NCBI RefSeq assembly: GCF_054482595.1 | Contig: NZ_CM137008.1 | Direction: 5' to 3' (one strand) | Length of the DNA: 64,000 bases | Shown here: positions 37,199-51,073 of the stretch, in pieces | Layout of the letters: each line of letters opens with the position of its first letter | How positions within the stretch are numbered: the first letter of the stretch is position 1 | The notes under the pieces: model-generated | The model's database searches: none | What the model was told of the DNA's origin: nothing | Seen by the model: only the letters and a program-made list of their open reading frames with translations | Made by a program: the position numbers and the translations under genes

Positions 37199-38073
37199 TG
37201 GCGGAAGTTACCCAATTGAAGCGTTATGACGCGCGCCCGATTAACTGGGGCAAATGGTTTCTGATTGGCATCGGGATGCTGGTATCGGCGTTCATCCTGC
37301 TGGTGCCGATGATTTACATCTTCGTGCAGGCATTCAGCAAGGGGCTGATGCCGGTTTTACAGAATCTGGCCGATCCGGACATGCTGCACGCGATTTGGCT
37401 GACGGTGATGATCGCGCTGATTGCCGTACCGGTAAACCTGGTGTTCGGCATTCTGCTGGCCTGGCTGGTGACGCGCTTTAACTTCCCTGGACGCCAGTTA
37501 CTGCTGACGCTACTGGACATTCCGTTTGCCGTATCGCCGGTGGTTGCCGGTCTGGTGTATCTGCTGTTCTACGGCTCTAACGGCCCGCTGGGCGGCTGGC
37601 TGGATGAACATAATCTGCAAATTATGTTCTCCTGGCCGGGAATGGTGCTGGTCACCATCTTTGTGACGTGTCCGTTTGTGGTGCGCGAGCTGGTGCCGGT
37701 GATGTTAAGCCAGGGCAGCCAGGAAGACGAAGCGGCGATTTTGCTTGGCGCGTCTGGCTGGCAGATGTTTCGCCGCGTCACATTGCCGAACATTCGCTGG
37801 GCGCTGCTTTATGGCGTGGTGTTGACCAACGCCCGCGCAATTGGCGAGTTTGGCGCGGTGTCGGTGGTTTCCGGCTCGATTCGCGGCGAAACCCTGTCGC
37901 TGCCGTTACAGATTGAATTGCTGGAGCAGGACTACAACACCGTCGGCTCCTTTACCGCTGCGGCGCTGTTAACGCTGATGGCGATTATCACCCTGTTTTT
38001 AAAAAGTATGTTGCAGTGGCGCCTGGAGAATCAGGAAAAACGCGCACAGCAGGAGGAACATCATGAGCATTGA
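37198..38073 (+). CDS. cysW: Sulfate/thiosulfate ABC transporter permease CysW
   Basis: 291 aa; TAATG overlap with the cysU stop. Confidence 0.95.
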   Translation: MAEVTQLKRYDARPINWGKWFLIGIGMLVSAFILLVPMIYIFVQAFSKGLMPVLQNLADPDMLHAIWLTVMIALIAVPVNLVFGILLAWLVTRFNFPGRQLLLTLLDIPFAVSPVVAGLVYLLFYGSNGPLGGWLDEHNLQIMFSWPGMVLVTIFVTCPFVVRELVPVMLSQGSQEDEAAILLGASGWQMFRRVTLPNIRWALLYGVVLTNARAIGEFGAVSVVSGSIRGETLSLPLQIELLEQDYNTVGSFTAAALLTLMAIITLFLKSMLQWRLENQEKRAQQEEHHEH

Positions 38074-39160
38074 GATTGCCAATATTAAGAAGTCGTTTGG
38101 TCGCACCCAGGTGCTGAACGATATCTCACTGGATATTCCTTCAGGTCAGATGGTCGCGTTGCTGGGGCCGTCCGGTTCCGGGAAAACCACGCTGCTGCGC
38201 ATTATCGCTGGGCTGGAGCATCAAACCAGCGGGCATATTCGCTTCCACGGCACCGACGTGAGCCGCCTGCACGCACGTGATCGTAAAGTCGGTTTCGTGT
38301 TCCAGCATTACGCGCTGTTCCGCCATATGACGGTGTTCGACAATATCGCTTTTGGCCTGACGGTGCTGCCGCGTCGCGAGCGCCCGAATGCCGCAGCCAT
38401 CAAAGCGAAAGTGACAAAATTGCTGGAAATGGTGCAGCTTGCCCATCTGGCGGATCGTTATCCGGCGCAGCTTTCCGGCGGCCAGAAACAGCGTGTGGCG
38501 CTGGCGCGCGCGCTGGCTGTGGAACCGCAAATTCTGCTGCTTGATGAACCGTTTGGCGCGTTGGATGCGCAGGTGCGTAAAGAGCTGCGTCGCTGGCTGC
38601 GTCAACTCCATGAAGAGCTGAAATTCACCAGCGTGTTCGTGACCCATGACCAGGAAGAAGCGACCGAAGTAGCTGATCGTGTAGTGGTGATGAGCCAGGG
38701 CAATATCGAGCAGGCTGATGCGCCGGACCAGGTATGGCGCGAACCAGCGACCCGTTTTGTACTCGAATTTATGGGCGAAGTGAACCGCCTGCAGGGAACC
38801 ATTCGCGGCGGGCAGTTCCATGTTGGCGCACATCGCTGGCCGCTGGGCTACACACCTGCGTATCAGGGGCCGGTGGATCTCTTCCTGCGCCCGTGGGAAG
38901 TGGATATCAGCCGCCGTACCAGTCTCGATTCGCCGCTGCCGGTACAGGTACTGGAAGCCAGCCCGAAAGGTCACTACACCCAATTAGTGGTGCAGCCGCT
39001 GGGGTGGTACAACGAACCGCTGACGGTCGTGATGCATGGCGACGATGCCCCGCAGCGTGGCGAGCGTTTATTCGTTGGTCTGCAACATGCGCGGCTGTAT
39101 AACGGCGACGAGCGTATCGAAACCCGAGATGAGGAACTTGCTCTCGCACAAAGCGCCTGA
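38063..39160 (+). CDS. cysA: Sulfate/thiosulfate ABC transporter ATP-binding protein CysA
   Basis: 365 aa; Walker [13 protein letters not shown] signature LSGGQKQR; 11-nt overlap with cysW. Confidence 0.95.
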   Translation: MSIEIANIKKSFGRTQVLNDISLDIPSGQMVALLGPSGSGKTTLLRIIAGLEHQTSGHIRFHGTDVSRLHARDRKVGFVFQHYALFRHMTVFDNIAFGLTVLPRRERPNAAAIKAKVTKLLEMVQLAHLADRYPAQLSGGQKQRVALARALAVEPQILLLDEPFGALDAQVRKELRRWLRQLHEELKFTSVFVTHDQEEATEVADRVVVMSQGNIEQADAPDQVWREPATRFVLEFMGEVNRLQGTIRGGQFHVGAHRWPLGYTPAYQGPVDLFLRPWEVDISRRTSLDSPLPVQVLEASPKGHYTQLVVQPLGWYNEPLTVVMHGDDAPQRGERLFVGLQHARLYNGDERIETRDEELALAQSA

Positions 39161-39181
39161 TAGGTTGAGTGAATGTTAAAC

Positions 39182-39214
39182 GCCCGGAGGCGCTTCCCGC
39201 GATCCGGGCTTTTT
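39182..39214 (+). terminator. Terminator-like hairpin between cysA and cysM
   Basis: cccgga-N14-tccggg followed by CTTTTT. Confidence 0.45.
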
Positions 39215-39234
39215 AATGGCAAGGTTTGTAACCT

Positions 39235-39270
39235 GTAGGCCTGATAAGACGCGCAAGCGTCGCATCAGGC
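39235..39270. repeat. REP element between cysA and cysM
   Basis: gtaggcctgataagacgcgcaagcgtcgcatcaggc. Confidence 0.55.
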
Positions 39271-39293
39271 AACACCACGTATGGACAGAGATC

Positions 39294-40205
39294 GTGAGTA
39301 CATTAGAACAAACAATAGGCAATACGCCTCTGGTGAAGTTGCAGCGAATGGGGCCGAATAACGGCAGTGAAGTGTGGTTAAAACTGGAAGGCAATAACCC
39401 GGCCGGTTCGGTGAAAGATCGTGCGGCGCTTTCGATGATCGTCGAGGCGGAAAAGCGCGGGGAAATTAAACCGGGTGATGTGTTAATCGAAGCCACCAGT
39501 GGTAACACCGGCATTGCGCTGGCAATGATTGCCGCGCTTAAAGGCTATCGCATGAAATTGCTGATGCCCGACAACATGAGCCAGGAACGCCGTGCGGCGA
39601 TGCGTGCTTATGGTGCGGAACTGATTCTTGTCACCAAAGAGCAGGGCATGGAAGGTGCGCGCGATCTGGCGCTGGAGATGGCGAATCGTGGCGAAGGAAA
39701 GCTGCTCGATCAGTTCAATAATCCCGATAACCCTTATGCGCATTACACCACCACCGGGCCGGAAATCTGGCAGCAAACCGGCGGGCGCATCACTCATTTT
39801 GTCTCCAGCATGGGGACGACCGGCACTATCACCGGCGTTTCACGCTTTATGCGCGAACAATCCAAACCGGTAACGATTGTCGGCCTACAGCCGGAAGAGG
39901 GCAGCAGCATTCCCGGCATTCGCCGCTGGCCTGCGGAGTATATGCCGGGGATTTTCAACGCTTCGCTGGTGGATGAGGTGCTGGATATTCATCAGCGCGA
40001 TGCGGAAAACACCATGCGCGAACTGGCGGTGCGGGAAGGAATATTCTGTGGCGTCAGCTCCGGCGGCGCGGTTGCCGGAGCACTGCGGGTGGCAAAAGCT
40101 AACCCTGACGCGGTGGTGGTGGCGATCATCTGCGATCGTGGCGATCGCTACCTTTCTACCGGGGTGTTTGGGGAAGAGCATTTTAGCCAGGGGGCGGGGA
40201 TTTAA
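39294..40205 (+). CDS. cysM: Cysteine synthase B (O-acetylserine sulfhydrylase B)
   Basis: 303 aa from GTG 39294 (V/MSTLEQTIGNTPLVKL...); PLP-lysine region SVKDR; the track ORF start at 39216 runs through the REP and is not credible. Confidence 0.9.
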   Translation: MSTLEQTIGNTPLVKLQRMGPNNGSEVWLKLEGNNPAGSVKDRAALSMIVEAEKRGEIKPGDVLIEATSGNTGIALAMIAALKGYRMKLLMPDNMSQERRAAMRAYGAELILVTKEQGMEGARDLALEMANRGEGKLLDQFNNPDNPYAHYTTTGPEIWQQTGGRITHFVSSMGTTGTITGVSRFMREQSKPVTIVGLQPEEGSSIPGIRRWPAEYMPGIFNASLVDEVLDIHQRDAENTMRELAVREGIFCGVSSGGAVAGALRVAKANPDAVVVAIICDRGDRYLSTGVFGEEHFSQGAGI

Positions 40206-40207
40206 GA

Positions 40208-40576
40208 TTATTGCGCAGGCACTGTTTTATCCGTCTGCGCAATTAACGCATGTAAAAAAGGCTGTGCATTCTCATCGCTCTTACCGGGCATCTTCACGAT
40301 ATACGGCTTCCCGGTAATCGATGATGACGAAGCAACCTTATCAATAAACTGCTCGGCAGTGTTAATGCGGTTACGGGTATTGCCGAGCTTCAGACGCAGA
40401 TGAGAAACCGCTTCATCGCAGGTATGTTCATCACCGTTGCGCACAAATATCAAATCCTTTTTCTGTGCTAATCCCTCCAGCATGGCGTTGATGCGGGCTT
40501 CTTCATGGGCAGTTAACTTCGCGTAAGCGGGGAGTGTCATTAGTAGTGTAATGACCAGACAAATGATTTTCTTCAT
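40208..40576 (-). CDS. yfeK: Small secreted protein YfeK (signal peptide)
   Basis: 122 aa, [19 protein letters not shown] signal sequence; divergent from pdxK; stop is 2 bp from the cysM stop. Confidence 0.75.
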   Translation of the reverse strand: MKKIICLVITLLMTLPAYAKLTAHEEARINAMLEGLAQKKDLIFVRNGDEHTCDEAVSHLRLKLGNTRNRINTAEQFIDKVASSSSITGKPYIVKMPGKSDENAQPFLHALIAQTDKTVPAQ

Positions 40577-40601
40577 TGAATTACCTTATCCTTGTTTTGT
40601 G

Positions 40602-40667
<66 letters not shown>

Positions 40668-40680
40668 GAGAAAAAATTAA

Positions 40681-41532
40681 ATGAGTAGTTTGTTGTTGTT
40701 TAACGATAAGAGCAGGGCACTGCAGGCGGATATCGTCGCCGTGCAGTCGCAGGTAGTGTACGGCAGCGTAGGCAACAGCATTGCGGTGCCTGCTATCAAA
40801 CAGAACGGTCTGAATGTCTTTGCCGTGCCGACGGTATTGCTGAGCAATACGCCGCATTATGACACTTTCTACGGTGGTGCGATTCCGGACGAATGGTTTA
40901 GCGGCTATTTGCGTGCGCTTCAGGAGCGTGATGCGCTGCGCCAACTTCGAGCTGTAACCACGGGCTATATGGGAACGGCATCGCAAATCAAAATCCTTGC
41001 CGAGTGGCTGACTGCGCTACGCAAAGACCATCCTGACCTATTGATCATGGTCGATCCGGTGATTGGCGATATTGATAGCGGAATTTATGTCAAACCTGAC
41101 CTTCCCGAGGCGTATCGACAATATTTACTGCCACTAGCGCAGGGAATTACCCCCAATATCTTTGAGCTGGAAATCCTGACCGGTAAAAATTGCCGCGATC
41201 TCGACAGTGCCATTGCTGCCGCAAAAAGTCTGCTTTCAGACACATTAAAATGGGTGGTGATTACCAGCGCCTCCGGTAATGAAGAAAATCAGGAGATGCA
41301 GGTGGTGGTGGTCAGTGCCGACAGCGTGAATGTCATTTCCCATTCACGGGTAAAAACCGACCTTAAAGGGACTGGCGACCTGTTTTGTGCTCAGCTCATC
41401 AGTGGCTTGCTGAAAGGGAAGGCGTTAACCGATGCAGTGCACCGAGCGGGGTTGCGCGTACTGGAAGTGATGCGCTACACCCAGCAGCATGAGAGCGATG
41501 AATTGATTTTGCCGCCGCTGGCGGAAGCATAA
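40681..41532 (+). CDS. pdxK: Pyridoxal/pyridoxine/pyridoxamine kinase
   Basis: 283 aa; ribokinase-like PdxK family. Confidence 0.9.
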   Translation: MSSLLLFNDKSRALQADIVAVQSQVVYGSVGNSIAVPAIKQNGLNVFAVPTVLLSNTPHYDTFYGGAIPDEWFSGYLRALQERDALRQLRAVTTGYMGTASQIKILAEWLTALRKDHPDLLIMVDPVIGDIDSGIYVKPDLPEAYRQYLLPLAQGITPNIFELEILTGKNCRDLDSAIAAAKSLLSDTLKWVVITSASGNEENQEMQVVVVSADSVNVISHSRVKTDLKGTGDLFCAQLISGLLKGKALTDAVHRAGLRVLEVMRYTQQHESDELILPPLAEA

Positions 41533-41560
41533 AAAAATGGCGCCGATGGGCGCCATTTTT
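41531..41560. terminator. Bidirectional rho-independent terminator between convergent pdxK and crr
   Basis: AAAAAA-atggcgcc-gatg-ggcgccat-TTTT. Confidence 0.65.
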
Positions 41561-41574
41561 CACTGCGGCAAGAA

Positions 41575-42084
41575 TTACTTCTTGATGCGGATAACCGGGG
41601 TTTCACCCACGGTTACGCTACCGGACAGTTTGATCAGTTCTTTGATTTCGTCCATGTTGGAGATAACAACCGGAGTCAGGGTAGACTTGGCTTTCTCTTC
41701 CAGCAGCGGCAGATCAAATTCAATGACAGTATCGCCAACTTTCACGCGCTGACCTTCTTCAGCAATACGCTTGAAGCCTTCGCCTTTCAGTTCAACGGTG
41801 TCGATACCGAAGTGGACGAACAGTTCAACGCCGCTATCAGATTCGATAGAGAATGCGTGGTTGGTTTCAAAGATTTTACCAATGGTGCCGTCTACAGGCG
41901 CGACCATTTTGTTACCCGTTGGTTTGATAGCAATACCATCACCAACGATTTTTTCCGCAAAAACGACATCCGGCACGTCTTCGATATTGACGATCTCGCC
42001 AGAGAGCGGAGCAATGATCTCAATAGTTCCGGTATCCTTCTTGTCGTCGGAAACCAGAGATTTCAGTTTATCGAACAAACCCAT
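41575..42084 (-). CDS. crr: PTS glucose-specific EIIA component (EIIA-Glc)
   Basis: 169 aa, [39 protein letters not shown]... Confidence 0.97.
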
Positions 42085-42124
42085 GATCTTCTCCTAAGCA
42101 GTAAATTGGGCCGCATCTCGTGGA

Positions 42125-43852
42125 TTAGCAGATTGTTTTTTCTTCAATGAACTTGTTAACCAGCGTCATTAACTCGTCCGTTGTCGGTTGAGCAAGAGCC
42201 TGCTCTGCTAACACCTTCGCATCTTCGAAGTTCGTGTTACGGATAATCTTCTTAATGCGCGGGATAGAAATGGCGCTCATAGAGAATTCGTCCAGACCCA
42301 TCCCCAGCAACAGAAGTGTAGCACGTTCATCGCCAGCAAGCTCACCACACATGCCAGTCCATTTGCCTTCAGCATGAGAAGCATCAATAACTTGCTTGAT
42401 CAAGTTCAGCACGGACGGTGACATTGGCTGGTAAAGGTGTGAAATCATATCATTACCACGGTCAACTGCCAGAGTGTACTGCGTTAAATCATTGGTGCCG
42501 ATACTAAAGAAATCAACTTCTTTGGCTAAATGACGTGCAATTGTTGCGGCAGCCGGTGTTTCCACCATTACGCCGATTTCAATTGACTCGTCAAACGCTT
42601 TACCTTCGTCGCGCAGTTCCTGTTTGTAGATTTCGATCTCTTTGCGCAGTGCACGCACTTCTTCAACAGAGATGATCATCGGGAACATAATGCGCAATTT
42701 ACCGAAAGCCGAGGCACGCAGGATAGCGCGGAGCTGATCGCGCAGGATCTCTTTACGATCCATCGCGATACGGATAGCGCGCCAGCCGAGGAACGGGTTC
42801 TCTTCTTTCGGGAAGTTCATGTATGGCAGCTCTTTGTCGCCGCCGATGTCCATGGTACGAACGATAACCGCCTGCGAGCCACACGCTTCAGCCACTGCTT
42901 TGTAAGCAGCAAACTGTTCTTCTTCAGTGGGCAGCGCGTCGCGGTCCATGAACAGGAACTCAGTACGATACAGACCAACGCCTTCAGCGCCGTTACGCTC
43001 TGCACCTTCAACGTCACGAACCGTACCAATGTTAGCGCATACTTCTACCTGGTGACCGTCCAGCGTAATAGCTGGCAGATCTTTCAGTTTAGCAAGCTCT
43101 GCTTTTTCAGAAGCCACTTGCTCCTGAACAGCGCGCATTTTATCAATAACTTCGTTGGTTGGATTGACGTAAACCTGATTATTTACGGCATCCAGAATCA
43201 GATAGTCGTCATTTTTCACCTGAGAGGTGACGCTACCGGTACCCACGATAGCAGGCAGTTCCAGAGAACGCGCCATGATAGAGGTGTGGGAAGTACGGCC
43301 ACCCGCGTCGGTGATGAAACCCAGCACCTTCTTCAGGTTCAGCTGTGCGGTTTCGGACGGCGTCAGGTCAGCGGCAACCAGAATGACTTCATCCTGAATG
43401 GCGCTCAGGTCGATAATCTTCAGGCCCAGGATGTTGCGCAGCAGGCGCTTACCGATATCACGTACGTCAGCCGCACGTTCTTTCAGGTATTCATCATCCA
43501 GCTCTTCCAGGGCAGAAGCCTGACCTTCGATAACTTCATGAGCAGCTGCGTCAGCTGTCATGTGTTTATCTTTAATCAGGGCTATGATTTCCTGCTCCAG
43601 CTCCTCATCTTCGAGCAGCATAATATGCCCTTCAAAGATGGCTTCTTTTTCTTCACCGAACGTTTCACCAGCTTTCGTTTTGATCGTTTCCAGCTGGGCT
43701 GATGCCTTGGCACGACCGCTCAGAAAACGTTCAACTTCCTGATCAACCTGGTCGGCAGAAATTTTTTTCCGGTCAATGACAATTTCGTCTTCTTTCAGAA
43801 GCAGAGCTTTACCGAAAGCGATACCCGGGGATGCTAAAATGCCTGAAATCAT
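42125..43852 (-). CDS. ptsI: PTS Enzyme I (phosphoenolpyruvate-protein phosphotransferase)
   Basis: 575 aa, [19 protein letters not shown]... Confidence 0.97.
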   Translation of the reverse strand: MISGILASPGIAFGKALLLKEDEIVIDRKKISADQVDQEVERFLSGRAKASAQLETIKTKAGETFGEEKEAIFEGHIMLLEDEELEQEIIALIKDKHMTADAAAHEVIEGQASALEELDDEYLKERAADVRDIGKRLLRNILGLKIIDLSAIQDEVILVAADLTPSETAQLNLKKVLGFITDAGGRTSHTSIMARSLELPAIVGTGSVTSQVKNDDYLILDAVNNQVYVNPTNEVIDKMRAVQEQVASEKAELAKLKDLPAITLDGHQVEVCANIGTVRDVEGAERNGAEGVGLYRTEFLFMDRDALPTEEEQFAAYKAVAEACGSQAVIVRTMDIGGDKELPYMNFPKEENPFLGWRAIRIAMDRKEILRDQLRAILRASAFGKLRIMFPMIISVEEVRALRKEIEIYKQELRDEGKAFDESIEIGVMVETPAAATIARHLAKEVDFFSIGTNDLTQYTLAVDRGNDMISHLYQPMSPSVLNLIKQVIDASHAEGKWTGMCGELAGDERATLLLLGMGLDEFSMSAISIPRIKKIIRNTNFEDAKVLAEQALAQPTTDELMTLVNKFIEEKTIC

Positions 43853-43896
43853 AACCCTACCTTACTTGTGACTGATTTTTAAAAGAACCCGGGAAA

Positions 43897-44154
43897 TTAC
43901 TCGAGTTCCGCCATCAGTTTAACCAGATGTTCAACCGCTTTCTGCTCGTCTTCGCCTTCTGCGGAGATAGTCACAACGGTACCTTGAGTCAGGCCCAGAG
44001 TCTGCAGTTTAAACAGGCTTTTCGCGCTGGCGCTTTTGCCGTTGGAAGTCACAGTAATTTCAGAAGTGAAGCCCTTAGCTTCTTTTACAAACTGGGCAGC
44101 AGGGCGGGTGTGCAGACCGTTCGGAGCGGTAATGGTAACTTCTTGCTGGAACAT
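43897..44154 (-). CDS. ptsH: PTS phosphocarrier protein HPr
   Basis: 85 aa, [23 protein letters not shown]... Confidence 0.97.
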
Positions 44155-44486
44155 TGTATTTCCCCAACTTATAGGTTTAGTGTTGTGGAACTAAAGTCTA
44201 GCCTGGCGGTTCGACTTTAGCCTGTATTGTTAGCGCCAGTTTTTAACAGACGCGACGCACGAAGAGCGCAATACAGTCCATTGCTGGCGGGTGTTGACCG
44301 CTGACGTTTCGTACGTCATTAAACATTATGCCGCTAAAGGAAGAATTGAACCAAATCATAAAATCGATTCAGCTTTGGCTTTTCCTGTAACGATTAATTT
44401 CGCGCATCAAAATAATTAGTCTGGTTAAATACCAGTTCCGACAGGCTGAATCAATGCCAGGAGGGGCGAAAGTTTGAAGCAGGCCA

Positions 44487-44516
44487 CAAAAAAGCACCTA
44501 AAAAGGTGCTTTTTTA
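44487..44516 (-). terminator. Rho-independent terminator downstream of cysK (bidirectional-capable hairpin flanked by A- and T-runs)
   Basis: AAAAAA-agcacc-taaaaa-ggtgct-TTTTT, 22 nt after the cysK stop. Confidence 0.6.
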
Positions 44517-44537
44517 CGCATTTTTAACAAGCTGGCA

Positions 44538-45509
44538 TTACTGTTGCAATTCTTTCTCAGTGAAGAGATCGGCAAACAATGCGGTGCTTAAATAACGCTC
44601 ACCCGATGATGGTAGAATAACCACAATATTCTTGTTGGTAAAGCTTTCATCTTCTTGTAGTTTCAACGCCGCGGCAACAGCTGCTCCAGAAGAGATACCT
44701 GCAAGAATACCTTCTTCTTCCATTAGACGACGGGCGGTAGAAATGGCTTCTTCATTGGTGATGCCAATGACTTTATCGACCAGCTTGAGATCGAGGTTAG
44801 CCGGGATAAAACCAGCGCCAATACCCTGAATTTTATGCGGGCCAGGTTTAATCTCTTCACCTGCCAGCGCCTGGGCGATAACTGGAGAATCGGTTGGCTC
44901 AACGGCGACAGAGATAAGATCGGTCTTACCTTTGGTGCCTTTAATGTAGCGGCTGACGCCAGTCAGCGTACCGCCAGTCCCAACGCCAGCAATAAATACA
45001 TCAACCTGACCGTCGGTATCTTCCCAGATCTCCGGACCGGTGGTTTTTTCGTGAATTTCAGGGTTTGCCGGATTGCTGAATTGTTGCAGCAGCAGGTATT
45101 TCTCTGGATTGCTGGCGACAATTTCTTCTGCTTTTTGGATTGCGCCTTTCATGCCTTTAGCACCTTCGGTCAGCACCAGGTTTGCACCTAACGCTTTCAG
45201 CAGCTTGCGGCGTTCAATACTCATGGTTTCTGGCATGGTCAGGGTGAGTTTGTAACCGCGAGCGGCAGCTACATAGGCCAGTGCAATCCCGGTATTACCG
45301 CTGGTCGGTTCAACCAGTTCAACGCCTGGTTTCAGCACGCCGCGCTTTTCGGCATCCCAAATCATGTTGGCACCGATACGGCACTTAACGCTGAAGCTGG
45401 GGTTACGAGATTCCACCTTCGCCAGAATGCGTCCGTTACCGATGCGATTCAGGCGAACCAGCGGCGTGTGACCGATAGTCAGCGAGTTATCTTCAAAAAT
45501 CTTACTCAT
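44538..45509 (-). CDS. cysK: Cysteine synthase A (O-acetylserine sulfhydrylase A)
   Basis: 323 aa, [44 protein letters not shown]... Confidence 0.97.
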   Translation of the reverse strand: MSKIFEDNSLTIGHTPLVRLNRIGNGRILAKVESRNPSFSVKCRIGANMIWDAEKRGVLKPGVELVEPTSGNTGIALAYVAAARGYKLTLTMPETMSIERRKLLKALGANLVLTEGAKGMKGAIQKAEEIVASNPEKYLLLQQFSNPANPEIHEKTTGPEIWEDTDGQVDVFIAGVGTGGTLTGVSRYIKGTKGKTDLISVAVEPTDSPVIAQALAGEEIKPGPHKIQGIGAGFIPANLDLKLVDKVIGITNEEAISTARRLMEEEGILAGISSGAAVAAALKLQEDESFTNKNIVVILPSSGERYLSTALFADLFTEKELQQ

Positions 45510-45693
45510 GGCCTGTCCTTAACTGTATGAAATTGGGATACAACAGGTAGCATACCCGCTCAGAGAATATGCGGAAGTAAGGATTTAGCATATCTATATA
45601 CAGAAGGGAAATAATGACATGCAAGATGGAATAAGGGGCGGCATAAGCTACCCCTGTTTCACACAAACGGTTTACAAAATAACCGGTAGATTG

Positions 45694-46455
45694 TTACCGC
45701 CACATCGCGTGTTTATCGCGATAGCAATCGACCCACATCGCCGTCGCGCCACAAACGGCAACGGGCATGATGAACAGATTAAGCAGCGGGATCATCGTAA
45801 ACAGGCTGGTTAAAGCACCAAACTGCATATTGGTGATTTTGCGTGTGCGCAGGGCGGTGCGCATCTCTTTAAACGGCACTTTGTGGTTATCGAAGGGGTA
45901 ATCGCAATACTGGATGGCTAACATCCAGGCGCTAAACAGGAACCACAGTACCGGCGCGACGGTTTGCCCAATACCAGGGATGAAGTAAAGAATTAGTAAT
46001 ACAATTGCGCGTGGCAGATACCAGGCAAATTTTTGCCATTCGCGTTTCATGATTCGCGGCACATCTTTCATGATACCGAAAATCCCGGTATCTGGCGGTG
46101 TAGCGCCAGTCAATCGTGCTTCCAGTTGTTCAGCCAATAAACCGTTGAACGGAGCGGCAATCCAGTTAGCAATCGTGGAGAAGAAATAGCCAAACACTAA
46201 CAGCACAGAGATGACAGCCAGAGGCCACAACAGATAGCTCAGCCATTGTAACCAGTCCGGAACATAACTCATGAGAGTCGGGATCCAGACATCGAGTTGC
46301 GTAAAGAGCCACCAGAATGCGCCCCCCATCAACAAAATATTGACCAGCAGCGGTAAAATAACGAAACGCCGAATCCCAGGTTGCGAGACGAGCTTCCAGC
46401 CTTGCGCAAAATAGTAAAAACCGCTGCGTGGGGCAGATGTGAATGATGAAACCAT
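45694..46455 (-). CDS. cysZ: Sulfate transporter CysZ (inner membrane)
   Basis: 253 aa, hydrophobic; upstream of cysK on the same strand. Confidence 0.9.
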
Positions 46456-46684
46456 AATCAGGATGAGCTCCTTTTGACCAATCCCAGGAAAATTGTGCGT
46501 ATTTTACCGGGTAATTGCGCAATGGACAGTTAGGATATGTTCGAAAAAACAGCAAAAAGCACGATTTCATCTATCTTTGTGCTGTGAAAGTTAATAGTGC
46601 ACTTGCACTTGAGGTAATCGGCAAATACTCTTAGTGAGTAAATGTTTGCCGTGGTGGCAAGGTGTTAGAACAACAGAGAATATA

Positions 46685-47683
46685 ATGATGCAGGATTTGC
46701 GTCTGATATTAATCATTGTTGGCGCGATCGCCATAATCGCTTTACTGGTACATGGTTTCTGGACCAGCCGTAAAGAACGATCTTCTATGTTCCGCGATCG
46801 GCCATTAAAACGAATGAAGTCAAAACGTGACGACGATTCTTATGACGAGGATGTCGAAGATGATGAGGGCGTTGGTGAGGTTCGTGTTCACCGCGTGAAT
46901 CATGCCCCGGCTAACGCCCAGGAGCATGAGGCTGCTCGTCCGTCGCCGCAACACCAGTACCAACCGCCTTATGCGTCTGCGCAGCCGCGTCAACCGATCC
47001 AGCAGCCGCCTGAAGCGCAGGTACCGCCGCAACATGCTCCGCGTCCAGCGCAGCCGGTGCAGCAACCCGTGCAGCAGCCTGCCTATCAGCCGCAACCTGA
47101 ACAGCCGTTGCAGCAGCCAGTTTCGCCACAGGTCGCGCCAGCGCCGCAGCCAGTGCATTCAGCACCGCAACCGGCACAACAGGCTTTCCAGCCTGCAGAA
47201 CCCGTAGCGGCACCACAGCCTGAGCCTGTAGCGGAACCGGCTCCAGTTATGGATAAACCGAAGCGCAAAGAAGCGGTGATTATCATGAACGTCGCGGCGC
47301 ATCACGGTAGCGAGCTAAACGGTGAACTGCTTCTTAACAGCATTCAACAAGCGGGCTTCATTTTTGGCGATATGAATATTTACCATCGTCATCTTAGCCC
47401 GGATGGCAGCGGCCCGGCGTTATTCAGCCTGGCGAATATGGTGAAACCGGGAACCTTTGATCCTGAAATGAAGGATTTCACTACTCCGGGCGTCACTATC
47501 TTTATGCAGGTACCGTCTTACGGTGACGAGCTGCAGAACTTCAAGCTGATGCTGCAATCTGCGCAGCATATTGCCGATGAAGTGGGCGGTGTCGTGCTTG
47601 ACGATCAGCGCCGTATGATGACTCCGCAGAAATTGCGCGAGTACCAGGACATCATCCGCGAAGTTAAAGACGCCAACGCCTGA
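46685..47683 (+). CDS. zipA: Cell-division protein ZipA (N-terminal TM anchor, charged region, P/Q-rich linker, C-terminal FtsZ-binding domain)
   Basis: Starts [26 protein letters not shown] at ATG 46685; P/Q-rich low-complexity linker about 46900-47230; the track ORF start at 46634 is an extension. Confidence 0.9.
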   Translation: MMQDLRLILIIVGAIAIIALLVHGFWTSRKERSSMFRDRPLKRMKSKRDDDSYDEDVEDDEGVGEVRVHRVNHAPANAQEHEAARPSPQHQYQPPYASAQPRQPIQQPPEAQVPPQHAPRPAQPVQQPVQQPAYQPQPEQPLQQPVSPQVAPAPQPVHSAPQPAQQAFQPAEPVAAPQPEPVAEPAPVMDKPKRKEAVIIMNVAAHHGSELNGELLLNSIQQAGFIFGDMNIYHRHLSPDGSGPALFSLANMVKPGTFDPEMKDFTTPGVTIFMQVPSYGDELQNFKLMLQSAQHIADEVGGVVLDDQRRMMTPQKLREYQDIIREVKDANA

Positions 47684-47712
47684 TACACTTAAGGCAAATT
47701 AACTCCTCTTCG

Positions 47713-47737
47713 AACCCCCGCTTGTCGGGGGTTTTTA
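47713..47737 (+). terminator. Rho-independent terminator after zipA
   Basis: acccccg-cttgt-cgggggt followed by TTTTT. Confidence 0.6.
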
Positions 47738-47744
47738 GCATTGA

Positions 47745-49769
<2,025 letters not shown>

Positions 49770-49770
49770 G

Positions 49771-49989
49771 ATGGAAAAAGAGCAGCTGATTGAAATAGCC
49801 AATACGATAATGCCGTTTGGCAAATACAAAGGGCGTCGCTTAATCGACCTGCCGGAGGAGTATCTGCTGTGGTTTGCCCGCAAAGATGAGTTTCCGGCAG
49901 GGAAGCTCGGTGAGCTAATGCAAATCACGCTGCTGATTAAAACCGAGGGGCTGACGCAACTGGTCCAGCCCCTGAAGCGTCCGCTTTAA
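49771..49989 (+). CDS. ypeB: Small conserved protein YpeB (DUF3820)
   Basis: 72 aa from ATG 49771, 1 nt after the ligA stop (MEKEQLIEIANTIMPFGKYKGRRLIDLPEEYLLWF...); 3' end overlaps convergent yfeH by 4 nt. Confidence 0.8.
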   Translation: MEKEQLIEIANTIMPFGKYKGRRLIDLPEEYLLWFARKDEFPAGKLGELMQITLLIKTEGLTQLVQPLKRPL

Positions 49990-50984
49990 GCTTTATCGGT
50001 GCTGCTTTCCTGCTGCGCCTGTAACTGTTCGGTCTGGCGTTTGTATCGACGCGCCAGCACCGCACAGACCATCAATTGGATCTGATGGAAAATCATCAGG
50101 GGCAGCACCATCATACCGATCACCGATGTGGGGAACAGAATGTTTGCCATCGGGATGCCATTTGCCAGACTCTTTTTCGAACCACAAAAGACGATAGTAA
50201 TTTCATCTGCCTTATTGAAGCCCAGTCGGCGTGCCATAAAGACGTTAACTACAATCACGATAGCCAGAAGAACGCAGCTGACCACCACGATAAACAGCAA
50301 TGATCCCCAGCCAACTTTATGCCAGATACCATTAACGACGGCTTCGCTGAACGCTGTATAAACCACCAACAGAATGGACGTCTGGTCAGTTTTCGCAATC
50401 CATTTTTTATTGCGCGACACCCAGTCACCAATCCACGGCCGGGAAAGATGCCCCAACACAAACGGCAGCAGCAGTTGCAGCATAATTTTACCGACCTGCT
50501 CAAGGCTGCCCCCTGCACCGTGAACATTCATCACCAGACCAACCAGCAATGGTGAAAGGAAAATCCCCAGCAGGCTGGATGCTGACGCAGAACAAACCGC
50601 CGCCGCGACGTTACCGCCCGCCATTGACGTGAAGGCGATTGCAGACTGCACGGTAGCCGGGAGAATGCACAAGTAGAGAAAACCGGAGTAGAGCATCGGG
50701 TCGACATTTACCGGTTTCCACCAGGCAAACAGTACACCCAGAATCGGAAACAGCACGAAGGTGCTGCACATTACCCACAAATGCAGTCGCCAGTGACCAC
50801 CGCCAGCAATAATCGCCTCACGCGACAACTTCGCGCCGTGCATAAAGAACAGCAGGGCAATAGCTGCGGTGGTCAGATTTTCAAAGAAGGGGACGAAATC
50901 GCCTCTGGCCGGAAAGAAAGAGGCCAGCAACACCACCGTGATCAGGGTTAAGGTGAAAGGATCGAGGATACGAAAAAGTTTCAT
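49986..50984 (-). CDS. yfeH: Putative sodium/bile-acid-type symporter YfeH (membrane)
   Basis: 332 aa, polytopic hydrophobic protein; divergent from LysR-type yfeR. Confidence 0.85.
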   Translation of the reverse strand: MKLFRILDPFTLTLITVVLLASFFPARGDFVPFFENLTTAAIALLFFMHGAKLSREAIIAGGGHWRLHLWVMCSTFVLFPILGVLFAWWKPVNVDPMLYSGFLYLCILPATVQSAIAFTSMAGGNVAAAVCSASASSLLGIFLSPLLVGLVMNVHGAGGSLEQVGKIMLQLLLPFVLGHLSRPWIGDWVSRNKKWIAKTDQTSILLVVYTAFSEAVVNGIWHKVGWGSLLFIVVVSCVLLAIVIVVNVFMARRLGFNKADEITIVFCGSKKSLANGIPMANILFPTSVIGMMVLPLMIFHQIQLMVCAVLARRYKRQTEQLQAQQESSTDKA

Positions 50985-51073
50985 AAAGACTCCAGATGAT
51001 CGATGGTTCTATTGTGCTTCTTCCAGTTTGAGAAATAAAATTGATTTATTGCATCCATTCATGAAGAAAACAG

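Noticed and set aside
39216-39293. Upstream extension of cysM (track ORF start 39216)
   Set aside because: The extension reads through a REP element; the conserved start is the GTG at 39294.
46820-47290. Multiple overlapping ORFs on both strands inside zipA
   Set aside because: Low-complexity Pro/Gln linker DNA lacks stop codons in several frames; only the zipA frame is credible.
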